Virus record (IMG/VR): IMGVR_UViG_3300045988_132388 | DNA: 64,000 nt | Direction: 5' to 3' (one strand) | Source of the DNA: a virus | In this document: piece by piece, positions 57,688 through 64,000 of the stretch | How positions within the stretch are numbered: position 1 is the stretch's first letter | Layout of the letters: each line of letters starts with the position of its first letter | The notes under the pieces: model-generated | The model's database searches: none | Told to the model about the DNA's origin: nothing | Seen by the model: the letters and a program-made list of their open reading frames with translations, nothing else | Translations under genes and position numbers: made by a program

Positions 57688-57876
57688 CCGCTTGACAGAG
57701 GAGCAAGAGAACGAAATAGCGGAGAATATCTACGATTGGTGGATTTCGGGCAAATCATACAAACAATGGTATGCCGAGAAATTCCAACAGATGAAATTTG
57801 ACTTTGGGGAGGAATTATAAACAACACAAAACAACACACAATATGAACAACAAACTAAACGGAAAGGAGGTCCACA

Positions 57877-58470
57877 ATGGCTAAGGACTGGGTGGGCGGC
57901 TCGGCTGCTGTATTCAAGACATTAGGCGCAAGCAACCATACGGATGCGGATCGGCAGCGGGAGGATTACTATGCCACTGAGCCGAAAGCGACGGAATGGC
58001 TGTGCAAGCTGGAGCGATTTGAGGGAAGGATATTGGAACCTTCGTGTGGCGAGGGTCACATGAGCGAGGTGCTGAAAGCAGCAGGGTATGAGGTGGTGAG
58101 CCGCGACCTTGTGGATAGAGGTTACGGTGAGGTGGCCGACTTCCTCGCAATAGACAACTTGGCGTGGAACGGAAACATCGTCACCAATCCGCCCTACAAA
58201 TTCGCGCAGCAGTTTGTGGAGAAGGCCCTAAGCATCATCCCCGAAGGAAAGAAGGTGGCGATGTTCCTGAAACTGACTTTCCTTGAAGGCAAGGCGCGAC
58301 GCGCTCTCTTCCGTTCTACTCCCCCCATTCGTGTTTGGGTAAGTTCGTCACGACTGAAATGTGCTCCCAACGGAGATTTCAATGCTATTGTTGGCAGCGC
58401 AGCGGCATACGCATGGTTCGTATGGGAGAAAGGATATAAAGGCGAGACAACTGTGAAATGGTTTAACTGA
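57877..58470 (+). CDS. N6-adenine DNA methyltransferase
   Basis: 197 aa. EPSCGEGH (motif I) and IVTNPPYKF (motif IV, NPPY). Confidence 0.8.
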   Translation: MAKDWVGGSAAVFKTLGASNHTDADRQREDYYATEPKATEWLCKLERFEGRILEPSCGEGHMSEVLKAAGYEVVSRDLVDRGYGEVADFLAIDNLAWNGNIVTNPPYKFAQQFVEKALSIIPEGKKVAMFLKLTFLEGKARRALFRSTPPIRVWVSSSRLKCAPNGDFNAIVGSAAAYAWFVWEKGYKGETTVKWFN

Positions 58471-58492
58471 TAGAATTACAAAACGACAAAGC

Positions 58493-59263
58493 ATGATAGA
58501 ACTGAATAAGATATATAATGAGGACTGCCTGGAAGGGATGAAACGGATTCCTGACGGGAGCGTGGATTGCATTGTGTGCGATTTGCCGTATGAAGTTCTG
58601 AACAAAGGCAATGAAAAAGTACGATGGGATAACATTATCCCGATAAAGCCTCTATTCAAGGAGTACTGGCGAATAGCGAAAACTAACGCTCCCATTATTC
58701 TCTTCGGTCAAGGAATGTTTACGGCACAGCTAATGATGGCAGAGCCAGACACATGGCGATATAATCTAATTTGGCAAAAAGACAGACCAACAGGCTTTCT
58801 TAATGCGAAGCGTATGCCTATGCGAAGCCATGAGGATATTGCTGTGTTCTACCGTGCGTTACCTACATACAATCCACAAATGAGACAGGGTTCCCCCTCT
58901 CATTCACGAGGACATAAACAAGGAAAAGCAAGGGGTAATGCTTGTTATGGCAACTATAATATTGAGACCTACTCAAAAGAAGCAACAACAGAGAAATATC
59001 CTATATCTGTATTGTTATTCGACAAAGAAAAGAATCTTGATATGCACCCCACCCAAAAACCTGTCGCTCTTATTCAGTATCTCATCCGTACCTACTCCAA
59101 CGAGGGCGACACCATCTTGGACAACTGTATGGGCAGCGGCACCACCGCCATTGCTTGTATAAAAGAGAAGCGCAACTTCATCGGCTTCGAGCTCAACAAG
59201 GAGTATTACGACAAAGCTTGCAAGCGCATCAAACTGGAGCTGGCGCAACCCACTCTCTTCTGA
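58493..59263 (+). CDS. DNA methyltransferase, N4/N6 beta-class (PF01555-like)
   Basis: 256 aa. DCIVCDLPYEV (a D-P-P-Y variant), HPTQKPVAL and ILDNCMGSGTTAIAC. Confidence 0.85.
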   Translation: MIELNKIYNEDCLEGMKRIPDGSVDCIVCDLPYEVLNKGNEKVRWDNIIPIKPLFKEYWRIAKTNAPIILFGQGMFTAQLMMAEPDTWRYNLIWQKDRPTGFLNAKRMPMRSHEDIAVFYRALPTYNPQMRQGSPSHSRGHKQGKARGNACYGNYNIETYSKEATTEKYPISVLLFDKEKNLDMHPTQKPVALIQYLIRTYSNEGDTILDNCMGSGTTAIACIKEKRNFIGFELNKEYYDKACKRIKLELAQPTLF

Positions 59264-59293
59264 CAACACAAAAAACAACACACAAAACAACAC

Positions 59294-59524
59294 ATGAGTA
59301 ACAAACGGCACAAATACTTCAACAAGATTCCGCCATTCAAGCCAGATCCCGAGCACTACACTCGCAAGCAGCGCTCATGGAAGGCGAAGGAAGCTTACAA
59401 GACCGAGGATGATGCTTGGGAATATCTCAATCAGAACCCGAAGCTAAGGGCGCAGGGCATGACGGTGTATAGATGCAGGACGTGCAACAAATGGCACATA
59501 GGGCATAAGACGCACAGCGAATAA
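59294..59524 (+). CDS. small zinc-ribbon-like protein
   Basis: 76 aa. YRCRTCNKWHIGH. Confidence 0.5.
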   Translation: MSNKRHKYFNKIPPFKPDPEHYTRKQRSWKAKEAYKTEDDAWEYLNQNPKLRAQGMTVYRCRTCNKWHIGHKTHSE

Positions 59525-59551
59525 GGAACACAACACAAAATCAGGATAACA

Positions 59552-61546
59552 ATGCAGCAAGCACACAACATTTACTTAACTAAATTCCAGCAGCAGTCGC
59601 TTTATATGGGGGCCAAGGACGAACGAGTGATTGCTGCCCGCCGTGTGGGTAAGACCGACGGATTGGTGGCTCCTTACGTCTGGACGGCATCAAACTCCAT
59701 GCCTGGTATGCTCGGTGCATGGGTGGCAGTGTCGCGTCAGCAGGGCTTCGGCAAGACCATACCAAGTACGATGGCGGCCATGGAACGCATGTTCGGATTT
59801 ACGCAGGGCATCCATTTCGGCTGGGGGCGACCGCCGAAGCACGCGCGAGAGAGCATCTTCAAGCCTAAGAACTACGATAATTACATCTGGTTTGCCAATG
59901 GTGCCGGATGGGTGCTTATATCACTCTCGCAGACTGCCAGTGCCAACAGCTACACGTTTAGCGCGCTTGTGGGGGACGAAGCGAGGTTCTTTCCGCTAAA
60001 AAAGGTAACTGACGAGTTGCTGCCGGCTCTTTCAGGCCAGACGCATCCGTTGGGCGACATCAACTTTACGGAGTATAATCCGATGTATAAGAGCACGCGC
60101 TTTCTCTCTGATGCTGCCCTTACAGCCAAAGGGTCGTGGCTCGAAAGAGAGGAGGAGAAGTTGGACTTGACCGTTGAGACAGGTCCATTCAAGGGCAAGA
60201 CTTACCGATGGGTACAAGAGCAGTTGGAGGATTACGCCAACAAGGTGATACGCTACAACGACCTGCTGTATAACGCCAAGAAGACCAATCACTCGGTTCA
60301 TGTGGTGCCGAAGGAGCTGTGCACGATGATCCGTGCCGTGGCTCTGAAGATGATGAAACATGAAGGGCAGTTCAAGATTATGCCCAACCACGGGCAACAT
60401 GTCACAAAGGGCATGGTGGAAATGGCCGTCAACTATAAGCTCATTTCGCAGGACGATGCCGAACTGATTTACGATTACGAATATCTGATTACACCGGAAG
60501 AGGATTTTGAGATGCAGATGTTCCTGCGCTCAAAGAAATTCTCTGAAGACTATCTGCGTGAGCTGCGCCGTGTGGCTTTCTGTGTGCGACGTGCGTCATC
60601 GCTCGACAATGTAGATATTTTAGGTGAAGACTATATCCGTCAGATGAAGCGAGATCTTCCGCCATACACTTTCGCGGTCTCAATTCTCAACATAAAAGTG
60701 CAGAAGTCGAACGATGGCTTCTACTCCAACCTCGACATTGATCATGTCCACGGATATATCCCCGACGAAATAAACCCTTTATCGTCTGCCAACTTTACCA
60801 CGCAAAAAGTGTCGGGCATCATCGGCGGACGGAAAGTTACAAGCGAGAGCTATCAACCCGACTTCAAGGAGTTGGGCGAGCGCAACGACTCGCGCCAGGA
60901 TTCCGACTGCATCAACTCACTCCCTTTATATATAGCCCTCGACTACAATGCCAACATCAATACGTTGGTAGTGGGACAAATATACGAGCGTGACGGCATG
61001 GAGTGTCTGAATGTCATCAAGAGTTTCTATGTAAAGAACGAGCGCAAGCTGCGTGAGTTGATTGCCGATTTCTCTGCCTATTACGCACCCAAGCGAGCCA
61101 TCAACCGCGACGTGACGTATTTCTATGATGCTACGGCAAAGCAGGGCGCGTCATACGCCACCACCGACGAACGTTTCTACATGACCGTGATTGCCGAACT
61201 GGAGAAGCACGGCTGGAACGTGACGGCCATTGACATGGGCGTGCCGGAGAAGCATGAGGTTAAACATAAGGTAATCAACGATGCCTTGGCGGGTATCGAA
61301 TATCCTGCCATCCGCATAAACCAGGTGAACAACCCTGACCTTATCATTGCCATGCAGCTGTGCGAGGTACAGATTTCATATAAAGGTTTCCGCAAGAACA
61401 AATCAGGAGAAAAGGAACCCGAGGCGGAAGACAACCTGCCTCTCCAGCAGCGTACCGATTTTACGGACGCTTTCGACCCCCTGTTTCTCGGCTGCAAATA
61501 CTTCAGAGGAAGCCTCGGATGGTTCTGTCTGCCGAGCGGAAGATGA
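59552..61546 (+). CDS. terminase large subunit
   Basis: 664 aa. Walker A-like AARRVGKTD and Walker B ALVGDEARF. The size fits, and it is the last gene of the plus-strand operon. Confidence 0.75.
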   Translation: MQQAHNIYLTKFQQQSLYMGAKDERVIAARRVGKTDGLVAPYVWTASNSMPGMLGAWVAVSRQQGFGKTIPSTMAAMERMFGFTQGIHFGWGRPPKHARESIFKPKNYDNYIWFANGAGWVLISLSQTASANSYTFSALVGDEARFFPLKKVTDELLPALSGQTHPLGDINFTEYNPMYKSTRFLSDAALTAKGSWLEREEEKLDLTVETGPFKGKTYRWVQEQLEDYANKVIRYNDLLYNAKKTNHSVHVVPKELCTMIRAVALKMMKHEGQFKIMPNHGQHVTKGMVEMAVNYKLISQDDAELIYDYEYLITPEEDFEMQMFLRSKKFSEDYLRELRRVAFCVRRASSLDNVDILGEDYIRQMKRDLPPYTFAVSILNIKVQKSNDGFYSNLDIDHVHGYIPDEINPLSSANFTTQKVSGIIGGRKVTSESYQPDFKELGERNDSRQDSDCINSLPLYIALDYNANINTLVVGQIYERDGMECLNVIKSFYVKNERKLRELIADFSAYYAPKRAINRDVTYFYDATAKQGASYATTDERFYMTVIAELEKHGWNVTAIDMGVPEKHEVKHKVINDALAGIEYPAIRINQVNNPDLIIAMQLCEVQISYKGFRKNKSGEKEPEAEDNLPLQQRTDFTDAFDPLFLGCKYFRGSLGWFCLPSGR

Positions 61547-61556
61547 AAAACAACAG

Positions 61557-61590
61557 AAAAGGCAGACGTTTCGCAACGGCTGCCTTTTTT
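61557..61590 (+). terminator. rho-independent terminator
   Basis: AAGGCAGACG...CGGCTGCCTT stem followed by TTTT, 10 nt after the terminase stop. Confidence 0.7.
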
Positions 61591-61668
61591 GTCCCCTTCA
61601 CTAAGGGAACTCAACTATATTTTATTAAACATACCAGGTCAAACATTCTCTTTTTCTTTGCTCATTGC

Positions 61669-62031
61669 TTATCTTATTTTAAACTGCTTTGATAAAAATG
61701 AATCATTCTTTATCAAGTTGATAATTTCTTCTTCCGTATGAATGCCTTTCCAAAATAGTTCTGTATGATCGCCAACTCGTTCTTCATCTACAGAGTATGG
61801 AACACCATAATTTGTATAAAACTCTCCATGATGTTTGATGAGATGGCGACCAGGATTCTTCCGAATATTATTTATCCAAGCATCACAGTCGCACTCACAC
61901 CATATCTCATATTCTGCATTTGTCAGTGTTTTGTCAATGCCGATTGGATAATGTCCGGAACACCCATTTGTTCCAAAGTAAATAATCTCTGCCATATTCT
62001 CTTCTTTTAATCCTCTCCCTGCTGTCACCAA
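61669..62031 (-). CDS. hypothetical protein (likely start at MAEIIYFG, 61995)
   Basis: ORF in the AT-rich right-end region. Confidence 0.45.
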   Translation of the reverse strand: MVTAGRGLKEENMAEIIYFGTNGCSGHYPIGIDKTLTNAEYEIWCECDCDAWINNIRKNPGRHLIKHHGEFYTNYGVPYSVDEERVGDHTELFWKGIHTEEEIINLIKNDSFLSKQFKIR

Positions 62032-62402
62032 GGAGAGGAGGGTTAGTTACTCTACTTCTGCAGTCTTCCAGTCTGGGTAGCCGCCCAAGTCCTTCTCTTC
62101 ACCACAATTCATTTCAAGCCACTCTTGCAGACAATCCTTAACTTCTTCTCTGTCTTCTGTGTCGTCATACGATTCAATGACAACTGTAAATTTGTATTTC
62201 ATATTATTACTATTTATATCCTTTGCAGGATGGGTTAATTAATCTTCTACAATAAATCCATTTTCTGTGCAAGTATCAATAGCTCTAATTGCTACCCAAA
62301 TAGCTTGCCTCTGTTCATCGTCTGTAAGACTACTCCTAATCTCACACAACTTTCTCTTTGCTTCTGTTGCTTTCATATTATTATTTTTTTGCCCGAAGGC
62401 GG

Positions 62403-62801
62403 TTAAACGCCCAACATTCTATCAATAAATTTATGCACAACTTCTACAGCCTTGTATTCTTCTACCCTTATTTTTTTTTCATATCTGTTGCAAAGTAAGG
62501 TCAATGCGCCTCTAAGATTAATTAATTCATCTTCCGCAAGCATCTCTTTACTTACCAAACCTTTAATAGAAGTCGAGTTGAGTTTTAAAACTTTGCTATT
62601 TACAACTTGTCTGTCTAATCCACAAAAACGTATTGCTTTATCTATTGCATCAAACGTTGCTTCATGACAAATACAAGCATCATCATCATCCAGATATGCC
62701 ATTGTATGCCACCGACATGGTATTCCACAAAAGGTATTTTTCTGAACCGAGTAACGTATTTCTCCATTAGCAAGAGTTTCTTCAACTATTCTCTTAGCCA
62801 T
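62403..62801 (-). CDS. hypothetical protein
   Basis: 132 aa ORF. Confidence 0.45.
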   Translation of the reverse strand: MAKRIVEETLANGEIRYSVQKNTFCGIPCRWHTMAYLDDDDACICHEATFDAIDKAIRFCGLDRQVVNSKVLKLNSTSIKGLVSKEMLAEDELINLRGALTLLCNRYEKKIRVEEYKAVEVVHKFIDRMLGV

Positions 62802-62982
62802 ATCTACACCTCCATTTCGTGATTAATTCCAAATCCAAAGAGAAGATGCTGTAATTGGTGGACGTATCGTAACTTTAGACGGAGACCATCAACTATAAAA
62901 TAATTCGATTCGGGATATATTGCTATTGGTGCTGTCCCGAAAGTCAGTTCTTCTATTTTCTTGTTGTCAGTCATACTCATAA

Positions 62983-63678
62983 TTATTTTGTTTGCTTTTC
63001 TTTATCTTCGTCTGCAAGTATGCTCTCGACATACCTCACAACTCTTTCATATTCTCTGCCCGACTTCTCGCCATCGGCATAAGCTTTTTTTATCAGTTCT
63101 TCGCCTGTGCCATAGAAACAGCCTACTTTCCATTTTTTATTAGAACGAGTCCATGTGAAATACCGTCCACTGCTCCAGAAATTCTTAAAGACGATGTAGT
63201 CTGTATCGTTATAGACCGTCGCATAGCCACAGACCACCGCATTGCCATATACCTCTGCATTGCCACAGATTCTTACATTGCCATGTACCTCTGCAATGCC
63301 ATAGATCATTGCGTTGCCATAGACCTCTGCATTGCCATGTACCTCTGCAATGCCATAGATCCTTGCGTTGCCATAGACCTTTGCATAGTTATAGACATTT
63401 GCGTTACCATAGACACATGCGTTGCCATAGACCTCTGCATTGCCATAGACCTCTGCATTGCCATAGATCCCTGCGTTGCCATAGACCTTTGCATGGATAT
63501 AGACCTTTGCGTTACCATAGACCCATGCGCTGCCAACGTGTGAAAGGTTTTCCTCCTTCTCTATCCAACCGCCAAGTTCTCCGGCTTTAACAGAGCCAAA
63601 ATCCTTTAATGCTTTAATTCTATACAATCTGTGACCTACATGTACAATAAATTCAGAGGTTAATTCGTACTTTTTCAT
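62983..63678 (-). CDS. hexapeptide-repeat (YGNAxV) beta-helix protein
   Basis: 231 aa with about 17 consecutive 6-residue units (VYGNAE/IYGNAE/VHGNAE...) flanked by non-repetitive N- and C-terminal domains. Confidence 0.7.
   Translation of the reverse strand: MKKYELTSEFIVHVGHRLYRIKALKDFGSVKAGELGGWIEKEENLSHVGSAWVYGNAKVYIHAKVYGNAGIYGNAEVYGNAEVYGNACVYGNANVYNYAKVYGNARIYGIAEVHGNAEVYGNAMIYGIAEVHGNVRICGNAEVYGNAVVCGYATVYNDTDYIVFKNFWSSGRYFTWTRSNKKWKVGCFYGTGEELIKKAYADGEKSGREYERVVRYVESILADEDKEKQTK
63207..63525 (-). repeat. tandem 18-bp coding repeats
   Basis: The GCATTGCCATAGACCTCT-type unit is repeated. This explains the stack of overlapping ORFs in all frames here. Confidence 0.8.
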
Positions 63679-64000
63679 AATTCACTGTTGTTTTCTATAT
63701 TTACTAATTACCGTCTTTATTTGTTCATTCCTGCCCCCCAAAGCCTTGGATACCATTTAGGAGAGACGGTCAATCGGTGTAGTAGTTATCTTCTTTGCAA
63801 GTCTTGCTTTCATGATCTTTTTAAATTCTTCCAAATTACCACAACTCATCGACTATATTTTTGAGTGTAGCCATTACGGTTTTCTTATCAGGATAAAGGC
63901 GGGTTTTTTTGCCGGACTATCCTAATTATATTAGAACGAGAAAGAAGAGATCCTTCTTCTTTGTTCCCACTTATAACCAAATAGCCTTGCTCTTCCAAAT

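Noticed and set aside
57548-57820. Independent 90-aa gene
   Set aside because: Its frame is open back to 57458 across the G8 tract, and it reads as a continuation of the PAPS-reductase-like protein. It is more likely the displaced C-terminus than a separate gene.
63207-63525. CRISPR-like array
   Set aside because: The 18-bp units are contiguous with no spacers and encode an in-frame hexapeptide repeat.

Overview
The window looks like a 64-kb stretch of a tailed dsDNA phage or prophage of a Bacteroidota-type host. Support for the host call: no Shine-Dalgarno sequences, TAnnTTTG -7 boxes, a lipoprotein signal ending in LSSC, and A/C-rich leaders. No cellular housekeeping genes are present.

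Layout:
- 83-20026 (-): lysis cassette, a complete diversity-generating retroelement (DGR), then a long tail-fibre/baseplate/virion operon.
- 20.4-24.1 kb (-): membrane/SPFH proteins, RtcB RNA ligase and a GNAT.
- 24-30.5 kb (-): many small early-type genes, including YopX paralogs, a split ASCH gene and methyltransferase-like fragments.
- 30.8-34.6 kb (-): head module (protease-scaffold, capsid) plus a tRNA-Met.
- 35-42.6 kb (-): nucleotide/RNA-modification genes (MazG, divergent ThyX, guanylate-kinase-like, RlmN/Cfr-like radical SAM), a circularly permuted tRNA-like RNA and a primase-like gene.
- 42.8-46.3 kb (+): a cassette of secreted, membrane and Cys-rich proteins plus a LysR regulator.
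- 46.9-54.1 kb (-): 1822-aa tape measure operon.
- 54.3-61.5 kb (+): radical SAM, PAPS-reductase-like gene, two DNA methyltransferases and the large terminase.
- 61.6-64 kb (-): AT-rich small genes, including a YGNA hexapeptide-repeat protein.

Most notable observations:
- The DGR: 14 of 14 TR/VR differences fall at template adenines.
- A tRNA-like element whose 3' half precedes its 5' half, with the acceptor stem capped by a loop. It sits next to an RlmN-like enzyme that lacks the resolving cysteine, in a phage that also encodes RtcB.
- Three genes interrupted at G/C homopolymers.
- Two distinct families of conserved 5' leaders.

All functional calls come from motifs read by eye. No database search was possible.
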